A stretch of DNA of 64,000 nucleotides. Origin: Ranitomeya imitator (Eukaryota). Position numbers and translations under genes: made by a program. The notes below the pieces were generated by a model. It was not told the origin of the DNA and made no database searches. It saw only the letters and a program-made list of their open reading frames with translations. Below, in pieces: positions 38,198 through 52,210 of the stretch (position 1 is the first letter of the stretch; each line of letters begins with the position of its first letter). The stretch spans positions 1,153,324,001-1,153,388,000 of the forward strand of contig NC_091282.1 of NCBI RefSeq assembly GCF_032444005.1, written 5' to 3'.

Positions 38198-39044
38198 AGC
38201 TAGAGCAAGATGCTGGGACCAACATCTGTGCTGAGAAGCACTTGCAGCGGCCGGGTCAGAATGGGAGACTACATCACCAGGAAATGCTTGGGAGAATCCT
38301 GATACCTAACAGCATGTGAGATTAGTTTTGATCAACCTGCATGCCCAGTATGAGAACACAACCTTAATTAGCTGATTGATCCTTCTAAGCAGACCCTTAG
38401 ACTACGTTCCCACCATGAGCTTTTGGTGACTTTTTGATGTTGCAGAGTTTCAGCATGATTTACGCATCTATTAGGTAAATTAGGCTACTTGTGTTTTTTC
38501 ACTTTTTTAACAGGTGTTTTTATTGCGCTTCTGATATGTCATGTTTTAACAAGCTGCCTTGTTTTTGACATTTTTGATATTTACAGGTATTTAGCCTTTA
38601 CAGAACTTTTTTAATACAGTAATCTGCATATTACATGAGTTTTTTTAATGTAATTTCGCAGAAGAAATGGACTAAATACACGTATGCATTTTTATCAGCG
38701 GAATTTCTGCATCTAATACATTCCATAGATACAATCCGCACATAAAAACTCTGCATGCTCACCAGAGAAATTGACAAATTGCAAATTTTAAATATTCACT
38801 ATAGGGCAGTAAATACACCTCATCAAAAACTTGCCAAAAGCTTGTGGGCACACAGCCTTACAAGGTCACTTTCCAGAAAAGCTGCAAAGAGTAGTTCCAA
38901 TTAGAGAAATCCTATTAAATAAGGAAAGATCATTTGCTACTACCCTCATCTCAGAGTTCAGTGCCCAATTTGATTTAGCTTTTTATTGAAAAACTAAACT
39001 ACAGATATTTAATACTGCTGATTTGCGTCGTTTATACCATATTT

Positions 39045-39175
39045 TTAGTGGTCAGTACTGTTGCTTTGCAGCGCTGGGGTCCTGGATTCCAATTCCACCA
39101 AGGACAACATCTGCAAGGAGTTTATATATTCTTCCCGTGTATGCGTGCGTTTTTTCTGAGTTCTCCTGTTTCCTC
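39045..39175 (+). mobile_element. Degenerate SINE 5' fragment
   Basis: Homology to the SINE head (GCAGCGCTGGGGTCCTGG...GGACAACATCTGCAAGGAG). Confidence 0.7.
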
Positions 39176-40114
39176 CAGTTCCTTCATAGAACATGTGTTC
39201 AGATATTTATTAATAATAATGGGAAATGTATGCTTAATTCAGAATACATCTTTTAACTTGACAAATTACAAATTAACAATCAGCTTTACATATTGTGGAA
39301 AATATTCTGATTTACTATTGTAAGATTGCACTTAGTAATGTCGGATTATGAAGGTTGTTCTCTTATTGTTGAAATAATTTTGCTGCAAACCCTACTTATA
39401 CAATAGTATCAAAATAACCATAACCTATGCATATGAGCATGCATTATAGATTTTTTCTTGCCACATAAATAATTTTAAAATGTTTAATCCTCATGAAGAT
39501 TAATTAACCGCTCACCGTACTTGTGTAGCTTTTCAACAAAGCGGCACTTTATAAGATAATGCAAGACTGTAACTGATTGTTCAGTGATCACAATAGGCTA
39601 AGATAACTTCAAGAAACAAGAAAGACTACAAAAACAGCATCAGAACAATAACACAAGGACAGTTGAAAGAAATTTGTTCTAAGGAAAATGTGTCTAGGTG
39701 ATGCTTAAAAGCTAGTCATTATTGGTTGAAGCACAATATATTCTTTTCAGGTGTCTTTGTTGTTAAAATCCACAATTCAATCTTTTTCCAACCCATTCAT
39801 ATTTCACATTGTTACATTTTTTCACTTTTGATGCAATTTGCTTAAGGTTTTTCTAAGTGTAGTAAGATATATGAAAAATGTACTTTTATACTCATAAAGA
39901 ATCAATTAACATTTTTTCTTTAACTGCAGGGCACATGGAAGATGGTTCCCAAAAGATAGTCTGCAAGCCGGAAAATTTACTGTGCAAACAAAAGATTGCC
40001 CTTGCCAAATACTTGCTGGAAAATCCCTCGTAGCAATTGCAGTAGTTATTTGCATAGATTGCTTGAAGGAGCAATCCAGACTCCAGAATATTTGTAACTG
40101 AAAAACAAAATCTA

Positions 40115-41687
40115 CAGTACAGACCAAAAGTTTGGACACACCTTCTCATTTAAAGATTTATCTGTATTTTCATGACTATGAAAATTGTACATTCACACTG
40201 AAGGCATCAAAACTATGAATTAACACATGTGGAATTTTATACTTAACAAAAAAGTGAGAAACAACTGCAATTATGTCTTATATTCTAGGTTCTTCAAAGT
40301 ATCCACCTTCTGCTTTGATGACTGCTTTGCACACTCTTGGCTAGAGATAGTCACCGGGAATGGTCTTCCAACAATCTTGAAGGAGTTCCCAGAGATGCTT
40401 AGCACTTGTTTGCCCTTTTGCCTTCACTCTGCAGTCCAGCTCACCTCAAACTATGTCAAAAGGGTTCAGGTCTGGTGACTGTGGAGGCCAGGTCATCTAG
40501 CGTAGCACCCCATCACTCTCCTTCTTGGTCAAATAGCCCTTACACAGCCTAGAGGTGAGTTTCGGGTCATTATCCTGTTGAAAAATAAATGATGGTCCAA
40601 CTAAACGCAAATCGGATGGAATAGCATGCCGCTGTAAGATGCTATGGTAGCCATGCTGGTTCAGTATGCCTTCAATTTTGAATAAATCCCCAACAGTGTC
40701 ACCAGCAAAGCACCCCCACACCATCACACCTTCTCCTCCTCCATGCTTCACGGTGGGAACCAGGCATGTAGAGTCCATCCATTCACCTTTTCTGCGTCGC
40801 ACAAAGACACAACGGTTGGAACCAGCGATCTCAAATTTGGACTCACCAGACCAAAGCACAGATTTCCACTGGTCTAATGTCCATTCCTTGTGTTTTTTAG
40901 CCCAAACAAGTCTCTTCTGCTTGTTGCCTGTCCTTAGCAGTGGTTTCCTAGCAGCTATTTTACCATGAAGGTCTGCTGCACAAAGTCTCCTCTTAACTGC
41001 TGTTGTAGAGATGTGTCTTCTGCTAGAACTCTGTAAGGTATTGACCTGGTCTCTAATCTGAGCTGCTGTTAACCTGTGATTTCTGAGGCTGATGTCTTCC
41101 TTTCCTGGGGTGGTCCTCATGTGAGCCAGTTTCTTTGTAGCGCTTGATCGTTTATGCCACTGCACTTTGGGACACTTTCAAAGTTTGCCTAATTTTTCAA
41201 AATGACTGACCTTCTTTTCTTAAAGTAATGATGGCCACTCATTTTTCTTTACTTAGCTGCTTTTTTCTTGCCATAATACAAATTCTAACAGTCTATTCAG
41301 TAGGACTATCACCTGTGTATCCACCAGACTTCTGCACAACACAACTGATGGTCCCAACCCATTTATAAGGCAAGAAATCCCACTTATTAAACCTGAGAGG
41401 GCACACCTGTGAATTGAAAACCATTCCCGGTGACTACCTCTTGAAGCTCATCAAGAGAATGCCAAGAGTGTGCTAAGCAGTCATCAAAGCAAAAGGTGGC
41501 TACTTTGAAGAACCTAGAATATAAGACATAATTTCAGTTGTTTCTCACTTTTTTGTTAAGTATATAATTCCACATGTGTTAATTCATAGTTTTGATGCCT
41601 TCAGTGTGTATGTACAATTTTCATAGTCATGAAAATACAGAAAAATCTTTAAATGAGGAGGTGTGTCCAAACTTTTGGTCTGTACTG
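40115..41687 (-). mobile_element. Tc1 transposon with ~225-bp ITRs and inactive transposase
   Basis: TA|CAGTACAGACCAAAAGTTTGGACACACC at both ends; transposase from ATG at 41274 with WSGESKFE, KHGGG, FQQDNDPK, WPPQSPDLNP; premature stops. Confidence 0.97.
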
Positions 41688-44600
41688 TAGTTATGAATCA
41701 TACCAACAAGACACAAACTCCATGCTATGTTACAGTAAAATTATGAGATTTCAAGTAGGAAAAACACGTTATCCCCCAAAATACATAAGTTAAATAATTG
41801 TTAGAAATGGTACTTTGAATATTGTGTTTTCAAAAATCTACACTAATTATTTATAAAAAAAATATGTAAAAATGAGTGTAAATATCACAACTTTATTCTC
41901 TATAGCTAAAGTGCTATTCTCTATAGCTAAAGATTCACCCACAATATCAAAGATTGTCACAATTTACAGTCGCGCAACAAATTTTGATCATATACTGTAC
42001 ATATACTTTAGATGTTCGTTCAAGTTGGATAACAGAGATTCACCAATAAGTAAAATAAAAGAACAGAAATATTTAGCTAAGTGCAGCTCTCCTTTCACCC
42101 TTAGGACAGGCTCAATGGACAGCCTACTGCCTATAAATCTATGATAATATGTCAAGTCTTAGGCAGCAGTTTGGCTAAGCTCTTTTTCTACTTTGTTTTA
42201 TTATTCAAAAAGGGGTATCCTCCAAAAGATCAAAACTTCTGTCATGTCTAAATTTGCAGTTATATTTTAAATTGTTTTTTTTTTTTAAATAATTCAATGT
42301 AAGTGTAAATCCATCAGTGCATGATTAGAAAGAATTAAACCTGAATATCATATCTGATTAACTAAGGAATTACAGCATTTGCTGGACCACTATTGTTGCT
42401 TAACGGTCATCAAATAAAGTCTTACCTTTTAACTGCCTAGTATCAGAAAATTGAGCCTAGTACTTGGCTATAAGTAGAGATGCTCAAATGTGTCAAAATA
42501 TGAATTCATCAAATCTTTTACTGGGAAAAATGTATTTGCACAAATTTAATCTCAGTTAATTAAATGTCAATTATTATGCTGTGTAGTGTATTCTCACTTC
42601 AGAGCATAATAAATGTAAAATATAGAAAAACAACAACTAAAACTCACCTCACCATTTATCCATTTGGTTGTTTCTGCTGCTTGATGTCTGCCATCAATTT
42701 CTCACTCGGTAACTCTTACCACTGCTGGACATTTTAATCTCGAGCCTCTTTACACAAGGTTGGAACTTCACAACGCCACAACTTTACAACACATATGAGC
42801 AAACAAGTCCTGGTATAGCTGCATACATGAAAATGTCACCTCAGGACCTTATGACTGACATGCATATGCAAGGGCCTCCTGTGCCTAGTTGTGGCTGGAA
42901 TACTTGTCCTGGTATGTAGAGGTCTGGAGTTTCAGTGTTTGGTGATAAGAAGAGGTAATGTGTTAAAAATGCGCGAAAAAAAACACATTTTTCCATTTTG
43001 CTTATAAATTCAGGTCCTGATGTTTGAACCCTAGCTAATTACAAAATGATGGCCTAGCGTGATATAGTCTTCTGAAAGAGACTATTTCAAAACATTAGGT
43101 AGCAGCAGGAATATCAGATCCTGACATGTAATCTGGACATCCAATATGAAAAGTCATAATTCCTTTTTATTAAAATCTAAGAAATAGAAAGTCCAATATT
43201 GAGCGTCATCCTTTTAAATGTCTAATGATTTTATAAGTAACTTGACATTTTTCAATATACAGTAATAAAGTATAATAAAGTTCTTCCTAGGAGGGAAGAA
43301 AAGCAGAGAAAAAAATCTAACTTCATCTATTGATTTTCTTTCTTCTAGCCCCGGAGAGAAGTCACCAGAGATCGTCTGGCGGTGCCATGCAAGTTACAGC
43401 GACATTGACGGATCAAGACAAAAAAGATGAGATCGCTGACATCAATCTAATGTCCGAAGACAAGAAAGGGTCTCAAAGAATGTATTAAGGCTAAACATTT
43501 TTCTAATACACCACTTCAATGGATCTCAAAAAGAATGAAAATTGTATTAATGAGCCTATAATGAGCTATGTTTTGTTTGACTTTCCTGGATTAATTATAG
43601 TGTTCGCCCTCAGCTTTTGCTTCTTTTTTTACCCCTTCCAGGAAGAGTCCAGTAATACACTACAGTTCGTAGCTATTTAATTGTAAATTGTAATTATCCC
43701 AGAAGTCATTGAGGGCATTATCTCATTTGACTAAAACCATTCTTTTAGTAATAACACACAGTGCATTCAGAAGATTAAAAAAATGCAGGAAGTTTTCATC
43801 TATTCATGATAGAACATATCTTTGCATATTTGCGTGTTTGTGACATGAGGTTAAATCTAATTAAGAAAGTAATGATTTAATATAAAAAAATCTGATCAAT
43901 AACTGAATACAGCATTTTTTTCAACACCCACACCTTCTTTTGATCAGTTCTAGAGGCTTTCCTGTGACTTCAGATATACTTGTGTACTTTAAACATTATA
44001 ATGTCTCCCAAAAAAAAATTAGTAGCGTGTACAGATTTGCTCTCCCCTTATATTTTCTACTACAATCACATATCACAAAATACTTGGATAGAGAAATTAA
44101 CTAGTTTACAAAACACATGACTTTGTATTACTCTGTCACAAGATGTGTACATTATATTATATGTGTTTATTTCTAGACTTCCTATGGTTTTTAATGTTGG
44201 GAGGCAACTTTCAAGTATTTTGCTAGCATGTTGTGGTGATGCATGTTATTTGTTGTGTGAGAAATGCGAACCCTTAAAGAAATTTAAAAAAAAACGTTAA
44301 TAGTGGACATAGACTATGTAGTAAGCTAGTCACATAATCCTAAATATCTAGTTATTCCTAAATCTCATATTTTAAATTTTTTGCTGGGTTCTGTTAATTA
44401 ACACTTTTCTTTCAGTGTTCTGACAATCCATCCAATGATCTGTCTACCTTTAAGAAAATTCATACTTAATTAGAAGTGATAATTGCTAAAAGATTATTTC
44501 TTGATCAATCAATGTTAAACTGCTAAAACACACACAGATCCTTACAATGGCTTCATTTTGGAGCACACTGTAGATGGTGGACAACAATAACACTGTACAG

Positions 44601-45109
44601 GGAAAAATTTTAAAAAATATGAGAACGCCATTCTCAGGATTGGTGGGAGGCTCAGTGGCTGGAATATCCAACCTCAAAAGACCATAATATGATGGTCATA
44701 GATGAGTAATTTGAATTCAGATAAGTCTAATTTGCTGTATAAATTAAAAAAATAAGAATAATTTTACACAAATCCCGATTTTTTAGGATTCTCTGATCCA
44801 CAAAATGATGATTTACTTCCAGCTGTGCTTCATGTTGATTAGAACTCACTTCAATACATGAGGCATGACTCACATCAATGCTTCACATCAGGAGTACAGT
44901 AATCCACTGACTACTTTGCCAAGTAAAGTAAAGAAGCAGCAGTGTCCTGGCTGATATTGCCTTGTGGGCCTCCACATAATTCCCTGAAGCTATGACACAT
45001 ATCTTGTACAGGGGTGGTCAGTACCTAGACCATTGAAGGTCACCGTTTCTCCATGATGCACATCTTACATGGCAGAGTCATTTTCCATCTCAAGCGTCAC
45101 TTGGTAAGT

Positions 45110-45275
45110 GTCTCTCCTGTAGAGTGTAAGCTCTTAGTGTCAACAGGGCCGTCTCTTTTTTTTCTTCGGTAGACCGTAAGATCTTATGGTCAGCAGGGTC
45201 CAGTCTTTCTCTCTCTCTGTCACGCCTGAAAAGTTTAAGCTCTTATGGTCAACAAGGTTCTCTCTCTCCTTTCCC
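45110..45275 (+). repeat. Three tandem diverged copies of an L2 3'-UTR-like motif (GTAAGCTCTTATGGTCAGCAGGGTC)
   Basis: Motif near 45128, 45177 and 45237; resembles the L2 UTR near 25290-25330. Confidence 0.45.
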
Positions 45276-46876
45276 TCACATCTATACCCTGAGCAACTAT
45301 AATCTTTACAACATTGAGATTTGTGTTAATCTATTCACAGCAAATCAAACTTTTTGGAAAGTTTGAGTTTTAAAAGATCTACTCATCTATCTTATAATGG
45401 ACTATATAGAGCTTAATACCATTAGAATAGATACATAGTGTATTCCTATATTTACTAAAAGATAGTATTATAGCATGCACTTATTTTATAAACTATAATG
45501 AAGCATGCCAATGTTGCACAGGCTTCTTAATTTCCTCTACCTTTAAACATATCTTTAACTGAAATGCTGCTGTGGTGATCTCTCCAGATACATTGTAATT
45601 AACGAATGCATTGATTATTTTAATAATAGATGAATGAATCTATACTAAAGGAATAAATCTACACATCCTCCAGCTGGAAGTCTCAATCTGAAAACAATTC
45701 AAGCATCTAATTACCCACCTACACCATGGAATAAGCAATCTTTAACACCTCACTTGTTGATAAATTATATTTATATTGATGTATCTTGGTTTCCAGAGAA
45801 TAGTTTGACCTTTCAGACCTAAAATGCTTTAACTACTGTATGTGATGGGATGGATATCAAATGTAAGAATGCTTTTTTAAAGCTAGTATTTATGTTTTAA
45901 AAGTTTGGTTGATTTCTCAGTTTGCTGAGCTATTGCCTTTTCCAGATGTTTCTTATTGTCTCATTTTGGTTTGCCCTATCACATTCTGGTTGGGGCTTTA
46001 TACGTTTACCCTTTACTGCACTTCCTTGCTGGCTATAACTCCTGGTGGATGTGTGTTCAGGAGTTCTAGACCTTTAGCTAAGGATTTTACCCTGCTTGTT
46101 AAACTCTAGTTGTTTCCTTGTAGTAAGTCTGTTTGCTTTCCCTCCCAGCACCTTTTCCTTTTTGCCACTGTTAGGTTTATGGGAGATTATACTTGTTACT
46201 ATTAGTTTTGGTTCTCCTTAGGCATGCTCAAGATCAATCTTCCTACAGCTCGTTCATCCTTCAAGTCGCAATGGCTTGAGAAAAAACCAAAGGCCAATAA
46301 GTAAAGAAAATTGTATAAATAGACGTTTCATAATAGTGTTGAAGGTATTTCTAGGATCATGTGATAAACACTTTGATGCCACACAACCTAGAAATGATAT
46401 TATACATAATTTAACCTCTTTATGGTCTATTACTTGTAGGTACGCCAAAAGTCGCCTCCCCCTCTTTCTTTTGGGCTCTGATGTGGAGACCACAACTTTT
46501 CCAGCACCTGACCTACAACAGTTCAATTGCAATTTCACTGATCCTTGCTGAATTGACTGTAACATTGGTGTCATGTCTATAGCCCATGACCTGTGTAGCC
46601 AATCATTGGGCTCAGAATTCTTGTTGTATGCATAACTGCTTGGCCTAACGATTGGCTGCAGTAATTATTTGCTGTAGATTTGACATCACTGTCTGTGTAA
46701 ATTAACATGTGAATTTTTGTATTCATTTATTTTAATATATAGGTTGTGAAAATTAATATACAATGAACACTACCATACAGCCGATTCACTAATAATAGCG
46801 TTTTACATGCCATTCTTGATTAATTGCACACTGCCATATGATGCACCTAATTCATTAAGAGATGTACATGTTTTAA

Positions 46877-47225
46877 AGCACCACTACTGTGTTTTTTTTA
46901 CTTTACTGCTGGGGTGGTTTTTCATGCCCATTGTCTCATACTCATCTTTTCGCATCTTAACCTGTCATCACTGCTGCTCCCATCTGTCTCCAGCAGTTTG
47001 AGACCTGCCAGCTGCTCCAGTGTTTCATGGAGCAAGCTGCAGTTTACATTTCAATACAAATCTATGATAACATCATTCTGGCTCTCATAGATGCTGCTGT
47101 CACAAGATGGCACTTCGGGACTGGAGACACACCGAAAAAGGTGAAGCTGGAGGTTAAGTACAGGAGCAGGGACCTTGGGTTTAAAGGACCACTTCAATGC
47201 TAAAAAAAAACCCTGGAGTGGTAAT
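46877..47225. mobile_element. Kolobok/T2-type MITE
   Basis: TTAA flanks; imperfect TIRs AGCACCACTACTG / CTGGAGTGGTAAT; internal inverted arms. Confidence 0.5.
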
Positions 47226-48884
47226 TTAATATATATGGGGCATATTTCAATTATCATGTGCCATCGCCATACATTTTCTTCCAGGCATGCATTTCTGATA
47301 CATTTTATATCTCTTTAGTGGTGCCAATCGTCATGGATTATTAGGATGTGCTTAGTCACAACCTGTCCGGACCCAATTCAGCTTTTCCAAAAGTTGGCTC
47401 TGGTGGAGGAGTATACCATAAAAATGCCCACAGTTCTTCAAATGTACAACATTTCAAAATGTTTTAAAACCAGATTTTTGGCAAAAAAAAAGTTAATAAA
47501 TCAGGACCTGTGTCTCCCAGAAAAGTGTGCCTAAAAATATATCATAAAGCAGAAAAAACTATATATACCCTAGTTCAAGGTTTTTGTGAAAAGTATCTTG
47601 CATAAATTATCACAAAATTATAACTTTATTGGTTAAGCATAACACATTCTATGTTTAACATTTCTAGCTCTTTAATCATACAGATTACATTTAGACGAAA
47701 TTGATTTTTATCCTCCAAAATGTTTAATATTTCATGAATTTGTGAAATCAGTACATAAGCACACGTGGCAAAAAAAATGTACTTTTTTCTGCCTTGAACT
47801 GTCTCTCTGGACAAGTCAAAAACAAATTTTATCATCTGTACTAAATTTGTTTCATCATTTTTTAATGTATTAGTTCCACTCTCTTACTTTTATTCTATAA
47901 TAAGTACATTTCCAAGTCTACTAAGGCATCGATTTTCAAGTTGGAACTGACAAAAAAAAAGTCAAGAATTTGCAATACACATCAAAGATTAGCCAGGACA
48001 TTTTAGTGGAGCAGCTCCTGTTTTTTTTTCTATATTAGAAAATAGATGGCTCATTGGGATCAATCAGAAGCCATGTTTCACAGATAGAAGGTGGCTAACC
48101 TCCCACAAGGTACACACCAAACCATTAAATTGTCATCTGCAGTTTAACGTCAGGTTCAGACTTAAAAGGGGAACTACATTTGAAAGCATATTTTTAACAT
48201 AACACAAAATCAATCAGGAAAATTCTCTTTGATTTTAAAGTTCCATTGAATGATAATTGACCTTGACATTCTTCCCACACCTTGGTCTTCTGCTATAGCA
48301 TAATTCTTTTTCTGGTAAAACATCTGCTGGGAGAGCTCTCAATCAATGGAAACCAAATGAATTCTGATCGTTTTTTCTCACCGCTCTGCCTAGAAGAATT
48401 TTAATACATTTTACAGCTAAACTTTTCAAGATGGATGATTTTTAATTTAATGCCATTACACTCAAGAAGGAGCTGCCATAGTTCTCCATTTAAATTTAAT
48501 ACACTTAGTTAAAATTGGAAATATTCCCTATATTACCCTGATATTATCTATTGTGTTTAATGTGAAGTAATTATTACTTTTACGGTGTGCTTTGTAGAAA
48601 CAGATGCGCACCAACACACATGAGCAGTTTTTTCTAATATTTGCTAGGATACTTTGGTGAGTTTTGTCGCAGATATTCACAATGATACAGATAATCATGC
48701 TCTTTATACAGAATATTATAATTACCGCATTGAAAAACACAAACAAGGAAATGAGCATCAAGGATTGTGCTTGAGTCTGTTTGTCATGAATCAAAACTGA
48801 TTTACAGCTTAGGACTACTCAAAATTGTGCAGGCTCAAGACTTAAATTATATAGTCTCATTTTGTTTAACCCCTTAATGATTTA

Positions 48885-48937
<53 letters not shown>

Positions 48938-48940
<3 letters not shown>

Positions 48941-50583
48941 TTAGGTCCATATATATTTGGACAGAGACAACATTTTTCTAATTTTGGTTATAGACATTAC
49001 CACAATGAATTTTAAACAAAACAATTCAGATGCAGTTGAAGTTCAGACTCTCGGCTTTCATTTGAGGGTATCCACATTAAAATTGGATGAAGGGTTTAGG
49101 ATTTTCAGCTCCTTAACATGTGCCACCCTGTTTTTAAAGGGACCATAAGTAATTGGACAATTGACTCCAAGGCTATTTCATGGACAGGTGTGGGCAATCC
49201 CTTCATTATATAATTCTCAATTAAGCAGATAAAAGGCCTGGAGTTGATTTGAGGTGTGGTGCTTGTATTTGGAAGGTTTTGCTGTGAAGTAAACATGCGG
49301 TCAAAGGAGCTCTCCATGCAGGTGAAACAAGCCATCCTTAAGCTGCAAAAACAAAAAAAAACATCCGAGAAATTGCTACAATATTAGGAGTGGCAAAATC
49401 TACAGTTTGGTACATCCTGAGAAAGAAAGAAAGCACTGGTGAACTCATCAATGCAAAAAGACCTGGGCGCCCACGGAAGACAACAGTGGTGGATGATCGC
49501 AGAATGATCTCCATAGTGAAGAGAAACCCCTTCACAACAGCCAACCAAGTGACCAACACTCTCCAGGAGGTCGGTGTATCAATATCCAAATCTACCATAA
49601 AGAGAAGACTGCATGAAAGTAAATACAGAGGGTTCACTGCACGGTGCAGCCACTCATAAGCATCAAGAATAAAAAGGCTAGACTGGACTTTGCTAAAAAA
49701 ACATCTAAAAATGCCAGCACAGTTCTGGAAGAACATTCTTTGGACAGATGAAACCAAGATCAACCTCTACCAGAATGATGGAAAGAGAAAAGTATGGCGA
49801 AGGCGTGGTACAGCTCATGATCCAAAGCATACCACATCATCTGTAAACACGGCGGAGGCAGTGTGATGGCTTGGGCATGCATGGCTGCCAGTGGCACTGG
49901 GTCACTAGTGTTTATTGATGATGTGACACAGGTCAGAAGCAGCTGAATGAGTTCTGAGGTATTCAGAGCCATACTGCGTGCTCAGATCCAGCCAAATGCA
50001 GCAAAACGGATTGGTCGTCATTTCATACTACAGATGGACAATGACCCAAAACATAAAGCCAAAGCAACCCAGGAGTTTGTTAAAGCAAAGAAGTGGAATA
50101 TTCTTGAATGGCCAAGTCAGTCACCTGATCTCAACCCTAATTGAGCATGCATTTCACTTGTTAAAGACTAAACTTCAGACAGAAAGGCCACAAACAAACA
50201 GCAACTGAAAACCACCGCAGTGAAGGCCTGGCAGAGCGTCAAAAAGGAGGAAACACAGCATCTGGTGATGTCCATGAGCTCAAGACTTCAGGCAGTCATT
50301 GCCAACAAAGGGTTTTCAACCAAGTACTAAAAATGAACATTTTAGTTAAAATTATTGAATCTGTCCAATTACTTTTGGTCCCTTTAAAAACAGGGTGGCA
50401 CATGTTAAGGAGCTGAAACTCCTAAACCCTTCATCCAATTTTAATGTGGATACCCTCAAATGAAAGCTGAAATACTGAACTTCAACTGTATCTGAATTGT
50501 TTTGTCTAAAATTCATTGTGGTAATATCTATAACCAAAATTAGAAAAATGTTGTCTCTGTCCAAATATATATGGACCTAACTG
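48938..50583 (+). mobile_element. Tc1 transposon with ~225-bp ITRs inserted in (TA)n; frameshifted transposase at 49295..50330
   Basis: TA|CAGTTAGGTCCATATATATTTGGACAGAGAC at both ends; GRPRKTT, WTDETK, QMDNDPKH, WPSQSPDLNP; several 1-nt frameshifts and a stop. Confidence 0.97.
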
Positions 50584-50595
50584 TATAGATTTTTA

Positions 50596-50645
50596 TAACA
50601 AAAAAAAAATGCTAAATTGAGCACCAAAGAGGGGCAGGTGACCTA

Positions 50646-50681
<36 letters not shown>

Positions 50682-50682
50682 G

Positions 50683-50733
<51 letters not shown>

Positions 50734-50782
50734 TAGGTCACCTGCCCCTCTTTGGTGCTCAATTTAGCATTTTTTTTTGTTA
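50596..50782. repeat. ~52-bp inverted arms around a (TA)n-rich spacer
   Basis: 50596..50648 versus 50731..50782, differing only in poly-A/T length. Confidence 0.95.
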
Positions 50783-51840
50783 AAAGAATCTATTGTGGAA
50801 TTACACTGCACATTTTTTTCCCACTTTTCAGTGCTCGATATGGTAAAAGCAATGGAGTCATTCAAAATTAAAACTCGTGCCACAAAAAAGGCCTCACATG
50901 GCCATCTTGATGGAAAAATTAAAAAGTTATGGCTCTGTGAAGTAGGGTAGCAGAAAATGGAAACGCAACCCGGGAAATATCCTTGGTTCCTAAGGGGATA
51001 AATGAGCACTATCATTTAAACAAAATCAGAAGAGGAATCTGCCACTTTGGAGAATATATGCCGAATAGTTATTATATTTATGGTGCTATCCAAAATGAAA
51101 CAAATATTTTGGTCTTTAGAATTCAGACCTTTATCAGACAGATTTCGTTTTAGTGTAGGTGAACAAAAGATAAAGCTTTATGCTTAGGAATGGGTATGTT
51201 CCTTAGCACCAATCACCCGAGGGACATACCCATTAATAAACAAAGCGCTTTATTTTTTGTCCATTTACACTATAAAGCAATCTATCTTATGAAGGTCTTA
51301 ATTTTAAACATGGAAGCTTTACTATATTTATTGGATTTCACTATTCTACATATCCTCTGTGTCAGATTATTCTTTTGATATTAGACTTATTGAGCAGCAT
51401 CTTATCTGAGCACCTGTTATTACAGAGTGATGTGTATCCTACCCGAGTGTCATTTGAGCAACATTAGCGTTGACTAATAGCACAAGCAAATCTGAGAAAC
51501 TCTATAATAAGAAAATATGCTTCTGTGTTTACTTATGAGTACATTCTTCTCTCCTTTCCTCAATTTATTCTGAAAAACAGGGTGAGGCAGGGAGGGAGAT
51601 CATATGCGAGGGTCGATATGTATCCCCCAGGATGCAGATGGAGTCCAATTAGACCCACTGGAGTGCCTTGTGGTCACATCAGGATGCCTGTGAGTCACAG
51701 GGAAAAATAAATGTAAATGTGGACATGGTCAAGCTATTTGGCCTAGGCATTGTTCAAGAAAAGCTGAAACGGGCTTTTATTTTTGAAAAGGACTGCAAGA
51801 AGGAAGTGGGGCCGGTCCGTTTCCTCCAGGCTGGGTCTTA

Positions 51841-52210
51841 GGCTATGTGCACACGTTCAGGTTTTTTCGCATTTTTTTCACGTTTTTTCTTGGTAAAAAT
51901 GCTATAAAAACTCATTAGAAATGCATACATTATGCATCCTATCATTTAGAATGCATTCTGCATGTTTTGTGCACATGATGCGTTTTTTTTCGCGAAAAAA
52001 ACACATCGCGGTAAAAAAAGCAGCATGTTCATTAATTTTGCGGATTTTCTGCATTTTTCCTGCTATTCTATGCATTTGGGAAAAAAACGCATAAAAAACG
52101 CACCAAATACGCGTCAAAAACACGTGAAAAACGTGGTAGAATTTCTGGCAGAAATGTCCGTTTTTTGTCAGGAAAATTTCTGCAAGAAATCCTGACGTGT
52201 GCACATACTC
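51841..52210. mobile_element. Harbinger-type MITE
   Basis: TTA on both flanks; TIRs GGCTATGTGCACACGTTCAGG / CCTGACGTGTGCACATACTC. Confidence 0.75.

Larger units (their letters stand above)
48870..50997. mobile_element. Degenerate piggyBac-type non-autonomous element hosting the Tc1
   Basis: TTAA|CCCCTTA...TAAGGGG|ATAA; 50790-50990 resembles the right part of the 29005 and 52695 elements. Confidence 0.55.

Noticed and set aside
40497-41165. 222-aa Tc1 transposase ORF as a functional gene
   Set aside because: N-terminus disrupted and a TAG before the final catalytic motif; all Tc1 copies here are inactive.
44177-44298. Possible terminal exon LPMVFNVGRQLSSILLACCGDACYLLCEKCEPLKKFKKKR*
   Set aside because: Weak AT-rich acceptor, no recognisable homology, and the end overlaps a decayed repeat terminus.
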